Shown piece by piece: positions 40,327-49,178 of a stretch of DNA of 64,000 nucleotides (positions are counted from its first letter, which is position 1; every line of letters starts with the position of its first letter). The notes below the pieces were generated by a model. The model made no database searches and was not told the DNA's origin. It was given only the letters and a program-made list of their open reading frames with translations. The DNA comes from an uncultured Acidobacteriaceae bacterium. GTDB taxonomy: Bacteria > Acidobacteriota > Terriglobia > Terriglobales > Acidobacteriaceae. Location: assembly GCA_963729355.1 (NCBI GenBank), contig CAVSNM010000001.1, positions 227,244-291,243 on the forward strand, in the 5' to 3' direction. The position numbers and the translations under genes were made by a program.

Positions 40327-41334
40327 TAATCTGTGCTTTAGAAGATACAACTGAGCACGAAGGTTAACTCCGATCTTAAGCACCCTATGAGGGAGCATTG
40401 CCAAAGGACCGCGATATAGCTTTGACGCCACGCAAATTGACCCCCATCCGGTTAATGGGACATAAAATCGTGGCACCAACACCTCTTCAAAGCCGTTGCG
40501 GATTTTAAATTCCAAAAATGGACTCTCAGTTTTGTTCCCATATTTAAATAGTCCGTAAGTCAGATAAGAAATTCCCTTCTCGCTACAAAGCTCAATGGCC
40601 TTGGCGAGCAGCGCATTATTGGGTCTCTTGTCGTGGTGCCTGGCTTTTGAGAAGCATTGCAGTATCGAGGCAACTTCTCCTCTATAGACTATTTTCAGCA
40701 GTCCAATTAATTCCTCACCGGAATATGCCCCAACTAAGTCACTTCTATCGAGAAATGATGAATAATCCTTTTTAACCTGTTCGAATGTCTTGCCATAATG
40801 TTTGTTTGGCTTTCCTTGTTTCATCGTGGAGTCGTTGTTGAGCTCCATCAGTCCTTTAATTATTTTTTCATCCAACTTTTGGACCGCAATCACGACTCCA
40901 CGCTTTTGTGATCTCCTAACATTCTTTCGGGTTTCTTGCGGTAAACTTTTCCACCATTCGTCAAAACCGTTAAGGCGGACCACCGCAAGACTTTCCCATT
41001 CCATGGGATATCGGTATTTCGGGGAAGTCGCAGGCAACTTCTGAGTAAAAGTAAAAATGTCAGCTCGCGATCCGAGTGCTGTACCGTCTTTGAGTTTCTT
41101 TATATAGACTTCAGGGTCTTCAACCTGACGCTCCAACCATTGCTCATCGTGTATAGCCGCTATTTTAATTAAGCCGCCTCTGAGGATGATTGTCATCCCG
41201 TCAATGTCAAGGGCAGGAACTTCAAGCCACTTGCCGTTATTACTAATCTCAATCATGGCCATTCTAACCGGCTCTCCTGTAGCATCTGCGCTAATGGCGG
41301 AGGAACTCTTGCTTAGCCCAACCTGCCCATCCAT
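40306..41334 (-). CDS. FemAB/GNAT-fold acyltransferase-like protein (second copy type)
   Basis: ..TRKNVRRSQKRGV.......D...I.GL.EL........GK...HYGK.......DY... then ..VGAYSGEELIGLLKIVYRGEVASILQ...K..H.DKRPNNALLAKAIELC.EKGISYLTYG resembles FemAB/BioF2-like GNAT domains. The Met at 41334 forms a TAATG overlap with the upstream gene. The stop lies 21 nt inside the tRNA. Confidence 0.45.
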   Translation of the reverse strand: MDGQVGLSKSSSAISADATGEPVRMAMIEISNNGKWLEVPALDIDGMTIILRGGLIKIAAIHDEQWLERQVEDPEVYIKKLKDGTALGSRADIFTFTQKLPATSPKYRYPMEWESLAVVRLNGFDEWWKSLPQETRKNVRRSQKRGVVIAVQKLDEKIIKGLMELNNDSTMKQGKPNKHYGKTFEQVKKDYSSFLDRSDLVGAYSGEELIGLLKIVYRGEVASILQCFSKARHHDKRPNNALLAKAIELCSEKGISYLTYGLFKYGNKTESPFLEFKIRNGFEEVLVPRFYVPLTGWGSICVASKLYRGPLAMLPHRVLKIGVNLRAQLYLLKHRLAGVAQW

Positions 41335-42230
41335 TACGCTTCCCTCTGGGTGACCAAATGCAACCCGAGATACGCGCAAAGACGGGCGACATGGTCGAAA
41401 AGCTTTATTAAATATTTGATAAACATGTGCTTTCCAAAAATGGCAAGGAACGGCAAAGCCACCGTGTAGGATGGCACTGCGATTAAGGACCGAGCAGCAT
41501 TTCGGATGCGATGCGTGGGATGTTTGGAAAAATTACTCCCCCTAAGGAGAGCCCGCCGCAATAGGTAGCGGCTTGTGCACCGGGATGTCGGCACAACCTC
41601 ATAGACAGCTGCTTCGCTGCACCAAACAAACACATACCCTCGTGCCATCATGCGGCGGAAAAAATCGACATCTTCACCAGCGGTGTTAAATTGTGGGTCG
41701 AATGGCAACTCCGGGCCGCCCACCATAGATTTCCTAAAAAGGACATTTCCGGTGCGAGACTCAGACCAAAACAGCTTGTAGCCTGTTGGATGGTTTGGCC
41801 GCTCGAAAAATTTCCCCTTCTTCATCCATAGAGGCGGTTCCGACTCAAAATATGGCTTGACCGGCCCAAGCACGCCGTCCGAATTGTATTTCGTCATGGT
41901 CTTCAGCAGGTTGAGCAACCATCGGTCCTCCGGAAATTCATCGTCATCGATGAATGCGACCAAATCGCCCGCAGCGTGCTGCATTGCTTTGTTTCGGACG
42001 AGAGCAATGTTTTGTTGTGGCTCGCCGCAGTACGTCACCGGGGTCTGGGTAGACCTTGAAAATGCTTCAACAACCCCTTCCGCAGACTGCTCGTAGTCGT
42101 TGTCAGCCACTACTACCGAGTAATTGAATAGACCATCTGCTTGCTGATTTTCCAATTTGTTCAATAATCGCCGCAACATTTGTGGCCGTTTGAAAGTGCA
42201 AACGCATACGCTGATATGAGGAGTGGACAT
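41334..42230 (-). CDS. Glycosyltransferase family 2
   Basis: ISVCVCTFKRPQMLRRLLNKLENQ.....YSVVVADND and ..VAFIDDDE.. are GT2 motifs. Confidence 0.8.
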   Translation of the reverse strand: MSTPHISVCVCTFKRPQMLRRLLNKLENQQADGLFNYSVVVADNDYEQSAEGVVEAFSRSTQTPVTYCGEPQQNIALVRNKAMQHAAGDLVAFIDDDEFPEDRWLLNLLKTMTKYNSDGVLGPVKPYFESEPPLWMKKGKFFERPNHPTGYKLFWSESRTGNVLFRKSMVGGPELPFDPQFNTAGEDVDFFRRMMARGYVFVWCSEAAVYEVVPTSRCTSRYLLRRALLRGSNFSKHPTHRIRNAARSLIAVPSYTVALPFLAIFGKHMFIKYLIKLFDHVARLCAYLGLHLVTQREA

Positions 42231-42262
42231 TGTGCAAGGACAACGCTATTCGAAAAATACAA

Positions 42263-42997
42263 TTACCGCTTGAGCGCCTTGGAGAGCCTCACAAGCGAAG
42301 CCGCTCTTCGCCTGCTACGCTCGGCGACGACTAGTGCTGGCATCGACTTGCGTAGTAAGTGATGAGTGAGCGGGACGCCGAATGCGCGCGGGGAGCAACG
42401 CCCAAACCGTAAGCTGTCTAGTACTTGTGCTTCTGTGCAGTCGCCTTGGATGTCGAGGGCCATTGCCAATGGAAAGGACTGTCGAATGGTGTGAAAATCC
42501 ATTCCCACAAACGGTATCGCAGCGGAAGTTTGCATTAATCGTGGAGCTGTCTTGCTTGGCGCCCAGCCATCATACTTGCGATTCCACACCTCAATTCCCA
42601 AAAGCATTTCCGTCCACTCGGTCTCGAGGCACTGCCAAGCGTCTTTCCGCGACGGGTGTGCCAGCACAGCAACCCCATTGGCGGCTCTAACAGCAGTCAA
42701 CATCTCCTTCGTGGGCAGACTCTCGCCGAGAAAAGGAACACCCCACACAAGAACGTGAACGCGGTTGGCGGCGTCACTGTACTCGATACCGGGTACCAGC
42801 AGCACGTTGCTGGAGCTTGCTCTTGAACAGGCTTCTCGATACTCCTCAAAACGCGCAACCGTGAAGCCGCGGTCATGTTCCGTCATCAATAAGACCTGGC
42901 AGCCACGACGGCCGAATTTGTCGGATAACGCTTCGAGCGACCAACTTCCGTCGTACGACCAGGCAGAGTGCAAATGACATGCGGCAAAAACTTCCAT
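42263..42997 (-). CDS. PHP-domain (polymerase/histidinol-phosphatase-like) metal-dependent phosphoesterase
   Basis: From the internal Met (MEVFAACHLHSAWSYDGSWSLEAL......VLLMTEHD......PGIEYS....HVLVWG...VLAHP) the His/Asp motif order matches the PHP fold. The listed longer ORF would overlap the ATP-grasp gene. Confidence 0.6.
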   Translation of the reverse strand: MEVFAACHLHSAWSYDGSWSLEALSDKFGRRGCQVLLMTEHDRGFTVARFEEYREACSRASSSNVLLVPGIEYSDAANRVHVLVWGVPFLGESLPTKEMLTAVRAANGVAVLAHPSRKDAWQCLETEWTEMLLGIEVWNRKYDGWAPSKTAPRLMQTSAAIPFVGMDFHTIRQSFPLAMALDIQGDCTEAQVLDSLRFGRCSPRAFGVPLTHHLLRKSMPALVVAERSRRRAASLVRLSKALKR

Positions 42998-43001
42998 GTA
43001 T

Positions 43002-44216
43002 TTAGGCTCTGGACTTGAACAAGTTGTCGTGGATTGTGTTGTAGCAATCCGCGACGAATACTTTCGGATCTTCACGCCGCCAGTTGTAAACCGTGTCCCC
43101 TTTTCGGATCCGGACGACCTCCGACATGGTTTTCCAGAACGATGGCCATTCCGTAAGGGCGTCCGACTTAGGTCCCCGCAGGACAAACAACAAGTGCATG
43201 AACTCGCGCCCCACGTTTCTGCAAACAACTCCTGAGGCGGAGGATGATAGGACGCCCGCTTGCGATTGCTGATCGAGTGTGAGCATTACGTGCCATGCCG
43301 GGTATTCAAATCCCTGGCGGCGAGAGAGCGCCATGCTCCCCCAAGGCCTGCCGTTGAGCTCGACGAACCAGGCAGTTCCGGAGTGGTCACGCAGGAGCTC
43401 GATCATAAATAAACCGCGCCACTCCGCTTTTCTGACAAAAGCCGCTACTTTCGATTTTAGGTCATCGGAAATTGGTTGCGAGATGCAAGCACTTGATCCA
43501 GAACCCTGAGGATTCATCATTCTTAATCGCCGGTGGCCGCTCCACGCCCTTACTCCCTCAGCAGCCGCAATGCCGAAAACTCCTTCCCCCGTTCCAGTGA
43601 TGAAAGGTTGCACAAGCAGCGGAACCCGTTCCCTCCACTCCTTAACTGCATTCTCCAATTCGCGATGTGTCGCGCAAGTCCATTTCCGACACTTGATCAG
43701 CCGGCGCTGATCGGCAAGAACACAATTGGCAGGTTTTAGAATTATGGGAAACGATTGGCCGTCAACAAAGCGGTAAATGTCGGCAGCGGTGTTCGCTAAC
43801 AAAGTCTTTGGCACGTCGAAACCAGATTCACCTGCCAATTGGGTTTGCAGGTACTTGTTTAACGCCAATTCAGCGGTGTCGCCCACCGGCCCGGCCAGAA
43901 TCCAAGGATGCGGCAATCGGGCCCGGCTGCACAACCACACTGCCGTGTCGTCCAGTGGAAAGAGCAGGCGCCGAATCGCCGGATCTTTTCCGCCAATCGA
44001 CACCAAAAGGGAGTGGAGGTCGGAGAGGGCCGCTTGGAAATCTGACTCTGGGGCAGTGATCTCGTGACATGTAACATGACGGCTATGGTGCAAGGCGGAG
44101 ACCCGTCCTTTGCGCCCGAATGCGACGACACTAAAACCCTTATCTGCGAGACTCCACACCACTTCCGGCGCCGAAAGTGCTTCCGCGAATCCTATGAGCA
44201 CAATATCTCCGTTCAT
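43002..44216 (-). CDS. ATP-grasp family ligase
   Basis: From MNGDIVLIGF.., a pre-ATP-grasp Rossmann-like N-terminus. Then ..FPIILKPAN......, ..LLVQPFITGTGEGVFG.., ..FMIELLRD..G.AWFVELNGRPWGSM, typical of ATP-grasp carboxylate-amine ligases. Confidence 0.65.
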   Translation of the reverse strand: MNGDIVLIGFAEALSAPEVVWSLADKGFSVVAFGRKGRVSALHHSRHVTCHEITAPESDFQAALSDLHSLLVSIGGKDPAIRRLLFPLDDTAVWLCSRARLPHPWILAGPVGDTAELALNKYLQTQLAGESGFDVPKTLLANTAADIYRFVDGQSFPIILKPANCVLADQRRLIKCRKWTCATHRELENAVKEWRERVPLLVQPFITGTGEGVFGIAAAEGVRAWSGHRRLRMMNPQGSGSSACISQPISDDLKSKVAAFVRKAEWRGLFMIELLRDHSGTAWFVELNGRPWGSMALSRRQGFEYPAWHVMLTLDQQSQAGVLSSSASGVVCRNVGREFMHLLFVLRGPKSDALTEWPSFWKTMSEVVRIRKGDTVYNWRREDPKVFVADCYNTIHDNLFKSRA

Positions 44217-44259
44217 GGCACGAAATATTGGGAAGGAGGTTGGCGGAGGCGCACAAGAC

Positions 44260-45120
44260 CTAACAGGCTGATCGGTCGCTGCATTGGCGAAAAGAAAAAC
44301 TGGAAAACACTCCAGCCAAATTGCAGGCATCTCTTGTTAGAAACTCGTACTCCTCCGGGTTGACCGGGTGGGTTTCCAGTTCGACAGTAAATTGTCTGGC
44401 TAGTGAAGCAATTTTGGCCAATCGCTGCGGTTCGATGGGGGTAAGAGAGAAGAAGTGGTCCGTAAGGTGGTGGCGACGAGCGAGAATACGGTCCACGATT
44501 TTGCGATACATGCGGTTTCCCAGACTCTTCTCGCCCGGCGCAAATGAAAAGTTGCGACGAACATTGGTTCCTTCCGGTAGCAGGCCACCCAGCAGGACGT
44601 TCGCACAAAGGTGCATGTGGTGGTGCCCGTCAATCCGTTTCGGCTTCTCCCCATAGAGCCTGCGGAATTCTTCTAGCTGTGCTTGGACCACGTATTTGAA
44701 CGAACCCGCCAGACCGGGATGAAATACCGCGGAAGCCAAGCGGTGCCTTCCAAGATATCGAGATAACCGCTCCCGCTGCGCGATGAGTTTCTTGTCCCTA
44801 ACGGTACCCGAAAACGGGGTAGTCAGGTTCAGATGAAGACCAGCGTCAATTCCCCGCTCTCGCGCAATTTCCGCGGCTCGCTCGGAATCTTCCATAAAGA
44901 CCATTGCACTTACAGACGAAACAGAACCGCGAAGTGTGCATTCGAGAGTTCGCTGCGTCGTCTCATTGTCTCTCCCCCAATCATCGGCGTTTACGATTAA
45001 AGCGCCACTATTGGATGATTTTTTTCTTGGAACGTCAACCGTATCGGTCTTGGTAGGAAATTCCCGTTCGGCCTGTAAAGTGGACTTGGTGCTCACTGTG
45101 AGGATAGCCTCGCTGCCCAT
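44260..45120 (-). CDS. YdjC/ChbG/HpnK-family carbohydrate deacetylase
   Basis: LIVNADDWGRDNETTQRTLECTLRGSVSSVSAMV and ..GLHLNLT.. / ..DGHHHMH.. match the YdjC-like family. Confidence 0.7.
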   Translation of the reverse strand: MGSEAILTVSTKSTLQAEREFPTKTDTVDVPRKKSSNSGALIVNADDWGRDNETTQRTLECTLRGSVSSVSAMVFMEDSERAAEIARERGIDAGLHLNLTTPFSGTVRDKKLIAQRERLSRYLGRHRLASAVFHPGLAGSFKYVVQAQLEEFRRLYGEKPKRIDGHHHMHLCANVLLGGLLPEGTNVRRNFSFAPGEKSLGNRMYRKIVDRILARRHHLTDHFFSLTPIEPQRLAKIASLARQFTVELETHPVNPEEYEFLTRDACNLAGVFSSFSFRQCSDRSAC

Positions 45121-45162
45121 AGCTTGCCGGACGCAGCAACTTACGAAATATTCGGTTGGCGG

Positions 45163-46149
45163 TTAACCGACTCGATGGTCCGAGCCAGATAGTTGCGGAT
45201 GACTTAAGGCGGATTTCTCGGAATTCGTACCTAAAAAAAAGTGTTTCAATCGGCACATCTCTTCGGATCTGCGAAAGGTCATCATCTCGGGAGAAACTGA
45301 TTTCGGCATTCGGCGAATCATTGCCCAGAAATATCCGGCAGCAAGCGCCACGCCCCCCAGAACGAACGGCCGTTTAGTCATCTGGTAAACCATTCTAAAG
45401 AGTTGCCACAGAGGATGACTTCCAAGTCTGTAGTCCTTCTCGCCATTTCTGAACCTGGCTCTGAATACACTATGCTCGGCCGTACCCATGGTCCGATGGT
45501 GAACGTACGTTTTGTCCGTGAACGTCTTTGTCTTCCACCCTTTCATTCTCGCGGTCATCACCGCGATATGATCAATGCCACCGCCCTTTACTGGAACATA
45601 TCCACCGATTGACTCAAAGCATTCGCGCCGGAACACCTGACATCCACCAGAAACGTGTTCGATGCTGACGAAGCGATAGTCGTAGCCCTGACTTGAATTC
45701 TCCCTGAAGGGCGTTCCAACAAGCCCAAGCGCGGGTTCCTCAGACAACTTCTGAAGCAAGCAGGAAAAATATTCTTCGTCGAACGAGATGTCACCGTCGA
45801 GGCTGGCGATTACCTCGTATTCCGAACCAGCCAGTCGGGCGTAACCTGCATTAAAGGCCTGAACCTTCCCAGCAAAATGTCGTTCCTGACGCCCCGGCAT
45901 TTGAAGTAGTTCCATCCACGGATAGCCAGCCACGTATTTGCGTACGATTTCATCCGTCGCATCGGTCGATCCATCGCTGACGATAACCCACTTTATCGGC
46001 CGAATAGTCTGCGCGACGACCGCCTTCAGAGTGAGCTCGATGAAGTCGGCCTCATTTCGTGCAGGAGTTATCAGAACGTAGTTGCGAATGGTTGACACGA
46101 TTTTTGCAGGAGCAGGAGTGGGAAAACGTTTAGAAAGGTCGCACTTCAT
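45163..46149 (-). CDS. Glycosyltransferase family 2 with C-terminal membrane anchor
   Basis: VLITPARNEADFIELTLKAVVAQT....WVIVSDGSTDATDEIV and ..SLDGDISF.. are GT2 motifs. There is a hydrophobic segment near the C-terminus. Confidence 0.75.
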   Translation of the reverse strand: MKCDLSKRFPTPAPAKIVSTIRNYVLITPARNEADFIELTLKAVVAQTIRPIKWVIVSDGSTDATDEIVRKYVAGYPWMELLQMPGRQERHFAGKVQAFNAGYARLAGSEYEVIASLDGDISFDEEYFSCLLQKLSEEPALGLVGTPFRENSSQGYDYRFVSIEHVSGGCQVFRRECFESIGGYVPVKGGGIDHIAVMTARMKGWKTKTFTDKTYVHHRTMGTAEHSVFRARFRNGEKDYRLGSHPLWQLFRMVYQMTKRPFVLGGVALAAGYFWAMIRRMPKSVSPEMMTFRRSEEMCRLKHFFLGTNSEKSALSHPQLSGSDHRVG

Positions 46150-46198
46150 GAATCAGAGGAGCGAAGCCAAACATTTTGAGCAGCTCGGCGAAGAAAAT

Positions 46199-47452
46199 CT
46201 AAACCGCCTGCTCGCGCGCCCCGACCGCGACGCTTTGGCTGGAGCGGCGGACACCTATTTCTTCGATGACGCTGGCTACCACGCGCACTTTCTCGTCGTG
46301 CTGCAGACCGGGGTACATGGGCAGTGACAGTATTTCGGAGGCTACTTTTTCGGTTACTGGAAAATCGCCCTGCTTGTGGCCCATTGAAACGTAGGCGGTT
46401 TGCAGGTGGAGCGGCACGGGATAATGGATGGCGGTGCCGATTCCGGATTCGGCGAGGGAGATTCTCAGTCCTTCGCGATCGGCAGTGCGGATTACATAAA
46501 GGTGATAGACCGACCGCGTGCTCGGCAGATCGTACGGCAACACACAGTGTTCAGTACTGCCTCCGAACAGCTCGCGATATTTTGCGGCATGGGCCCGACG
46601 CTGAATGTTCCATTCACCAAGATGTTTCAGTTTGACCGACAGGAAGCCGGCTTGAATGGAGTCCAGCCGTCCGTTGTACCCCACGAGATCGTGATAATAC
46701 TTTCGCGATTGGCCGTGGTCGCGAATCATTTTGATGGTGGTGGCAATTTTCTCATCGTTAGTGGTCACGGCACCGGCTTCTCCGCAGGCTCCGAGGTTTT
46801 TGCCGGGATAAAAGCTGAAAGCGGCGGCGAGGCCCATGGATCCGGCTTTCTTCCAGCAATTTTCTTTTTGCGAGAAGTATTCTGCCCCGTGGGCCTGGCA
46901 CGCGTCTTCGATGACGATTAACTTGTAACGGTCGGCAAGAGCCAGGATCGCGTCCATGTCTGCCATTTGTCCGTAGAGATGTACTGGGACGATGGCTTTA
47001 ATGATGGCTTGAGTCCTGGGGTCGCGAAGCGCACCGCCCGACGAATGCGATTCGCAGCTCTCCAAATATGCCTGAAGCTTGGCCACATCCATGTTGTAGG
47101 TACGCTCGACGATGTCAACGAACACTGGGTAAGCGCCGGCCTGAGCGATGGCTTCAGTGGTAGCGATAAACGTATTGGGAACGGTGATCACCGCGTCTCC
47201 ATTGCCGATGCCCGCGGCGATTAAAGCGAACCTCAAAGCGTCGGTTCCGCTTCCCAGTCCAATGCAGTATTGAGTCTCGCAAAATTTCGCAAACTCCCGC
47301 TCGAAGTTCTCAACCATTGGCCCGCCAATAAAGCCAGCCGTGCGTAACGCTTCGCGAAACACCGCGGTAAGTTCAGACTGAAGTTCGGCATGTGGGGTAA
47401 CCAGGTCAAGAAATGGAACACTCTTAATATTGCTCGTTGGAATATTGCTCAC
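46199..47452 (-). CDS. DegT/DnrJ/EryC1-family PLP aminotransferase (WlbC/WbpE-like)
   Basis: VPFLDL...H..L..E........R.....FIGG..V..FE.EFA.F......IGLGSGTDAL and ..SFYPGKNLGA.GEAG.. (the PLP Lys region). Confidence 0.8.
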   Translation of the reverse strand: MSNIPTSNIKSVPFLDLVTPHAELQSELTAVFREALRTAGFIGGPMVENFEREFAKFCETQYCIGLGSGTDALRFALIAAGIGNGDAVITVPNTFIATTEAIAQAGAYPVFVDIVERTYNMDVAKLQAYLESCESHSSGGALRDPRTQAIIKAIVPVHLYGQMADMDAILALADRYKLIVIEDACQAHGAEYFSQKENCWKKAGSMGLAAAFSFYPGKNLGACGEAGAVTTNDEKIATTIKMIRDHGQSRKYYHDLVGYNGRLDSIQAGFLSVKLKHLGEWNIQRRAHAAKYRELFGGSTEHCVLPYDLPSTRSVYHLYVIRTADREGLRISLAESGIGTAIHYPVPLHLQTAYVSMGHKQGDFPVTEKVASEILSLPMYPGLQHDEKVRVVASVIEEIGVRRSSQSVAVGAREQAV

Positions 47453-47967
47453 TTCGCTGCCTCCATAGTCGAATCAACCAGCCGTAAGAATTTGGCGGGA
47501 TTGCCAGCCACAATGCTATTCGGGGGAACGTCTTTAGTGACCACGCTGCCGGCGCCGACAATGGCATTTTCGCCAATGGTAATTCCGGCTAGAACAGTCG
47601 TTCCGGAACCTATCGAGGCGCCCTTTCTTACCAGAGTCTTTTCGACTCTCCAATCGGCTTCGGTCTGCAGATTTCCGTCAGGAGTAGTTGCACGTGGATA
47701 GATGTCATTAATAAACGTCACGCCGTGACCGATGAAAACGTTGTCTTCAACGACCACCCCTTCGCAAACGAACGTATGACTGGAAACCTTGCAACGTTTT
47801 CCGATAGTTGTATTCTTCTGAATTTCGACAAACGCACCAATCTTGGTTTCGTCCCCGATTTCACAGCCGTAAAGGTTAATAAACTTTGAAAGTTTCACAT
47901 CCCGGCCGAGCCTCACGTCGGGAGCAACGCATTGGTAGGAATTCATCATGGAAGGAATCGTGGCCAT
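47449..47967 (-). CDS. Left-handed beta-helix N-acetyltransferase (WlbB/WbpD-like)
   Basis: Hexapeptide repeats throughout. ..IGHGVTFINDIYPRA.. and the C-terminal ..VVTKDVPPNSIVAGNPAK.. are as in WxcM/WlbB-type sugar N-acetyltransferases. Four-nt overlap with the aminotransferase gene. Confidence 0.75.
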   Translation of the reverse strand: MATIPSMMNSYQCVAPDVRLGRDVKLSKFINLYGCEIGDETKIGAFVEIQKNTTIGKRCKVSSHTFVCEGVVVEDNVFIGHGVTFINDIYPRATTPDGNLQTEADWRVEKTLVRKGASIGSGTTVLAGITIGENAIVGAGSVVTKDVPPNSIVAGNPAKFLRLVDSTMEAAK

Positions 47968-48028
47968 CCCGGCCAGCTAACTGAGACCGCGCGGCAGGAA
48001 GCACTACGGGGTAAAAGGCTGAGCAGGA

Positions 48029-49030
48029 TCACAGATAAACGAGGGCACCGCGTTTTTTCAAGGACTCGGTGGCAGCTTCCAACATTTTCACCACTCGCAG
48101 ACCGGCCGCGCCATCGTTTGTCGGCCTTTGATTGTTGGCAATGCAATCGACGAAATAAGCCAACTCCTGGCGGAGAGCCTCGACCTGCTCTATCTGCGGG
48201 GACCACATGTCTCCTGACCGGTAATTCACCAACAGGTTGTACAATCCCTGCCGGCTGGTGATATTAACGCCCTTGTCGTAAATCTTGATTTTCTCGTCAG
48301 CTTCCAGATCATTCCATAACAACATTTTCTTCTCACCGCCTATGAGGGTCGTACGGACCTTTACTGGCGATAACCAATTGACGTTGATGTGGGCGATGAT
48401 TTTATTCGGAAAATAGACAGTGAGGAAGGCGATGTCTTCGTGACCATTAAGGTGAGTCTGCCCAGTTGCTACTACGGCTTCAGGCGTCTCTTTAATCAGA
48501 TGATCAATGATGGAAAGGTCATGCGGAGCCAGATCCCAAACGACATTCACGTCGTGCTGGAATAATCCGAGATTGACTCGGGTCGAATCGTAGTAATAGA
48601 GCCTGCCCAGAGCGCCCTCATCTAGAAGTTGGCTGATCTTTTTTACCGCTCCGGTGAAAAGGAAGGTGTGATCAACCATGATCTTCAAATTCTTCTGTTC
48701 GGCCAGATCGATTAGTTCCTCGGCCTGAGCAGCACTGCTGGTGAGAGGCTTTTCAATGAATACGTGCTTTCCGTTCTGCAGAGCGGCTTTGGCCAACTCG
48801 TAGTGGCTCCAAACAGGAGTGACGACTGCAATGGCATCGATATCGCGAGCAGTCGTAAGGTCCGCACAATCAGCTGCGACTCGCACCGTGGGATATGCTT
48901 TTTGCACTCGCTTGCGCGCGGTTGGACTCTTGTCGCACACGGCGACCACTTCGGAACCATCCAGCTGAGCGAGGTTCCTGACTACATTGGGTCCCCAATA
49001 TCCGTACCCGATTACACCAAATCTGACCAT
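48029..49030 (-). CDS. Gfo/Idh/MocA-family NAD-dependent sugar oxidoreductase (WlbA/WbpB-like)
   Basis: From MVRFGVIGYGYWGPNVVRNL (Rossmann GxGxxG) and ..VFIEKPL.. The context with an aminotransferase and an acetyltransferase reproduces the WlbA-WlbC-WlbB trio. Confidence 0.75.
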   Translation of the reverse strand: MVRFGVIGYGYWGPNVVRNLAQLDGSEVVAVCDKSPTARKRVQKAYPTVRVAADCADLTTARDIDAIAVVTPVWSHYELAKAALQNGKHVFIEKPLTSSAAQAEELIDLAEQKNLKIMVDHTFLFTGAVKKISQLLDEGALGRLYYYDSTRVNLGLFQHDVNVVWDLAPHDLSIIDHLIKETPEAVVATGQTHLNGHEDIAFLTVYFPNKIIAHINVNWLSPVKVRTTLIGGEKKMLLWNDLEADEKIKIYDKGVNITSRQGLYNLLVNYRSGDMWSPQIEQVEALRQELAYFVDCIANNQRPTNDGAAGLRVVKMLEAATESLKKRGALVYL

Positions 49031-49178
49031 AGTATTATCCCCATAGGAATCGTCCCTCTTGCGCGTTAAAACGTTAGCTTCTAGTGTGGGAGACATTTGA
49101 ATGGGGGATTGTTTGAAGGGTCATTTCGTTCGGGCAAACAAAACTACATTCGTAGCTTAAAAGATTTATAAACACTGT

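Noticed and set aside
40306-44330. Long N-terminal extensions of listed ORFs 40306-41379, 42263-43228 and 43002-44330, and likewise 13396-14916, 33463-34326, 48029-49096 and 60152-60484.
   Set aside because: The extensions overlap the preceding gene by 22-230 nt and are compositionally odd. Internal starts give tidy 0-4 nt junctions (TAATG, GTGA) or short gaps, and they coincide with the beginning of the recognisable domains.
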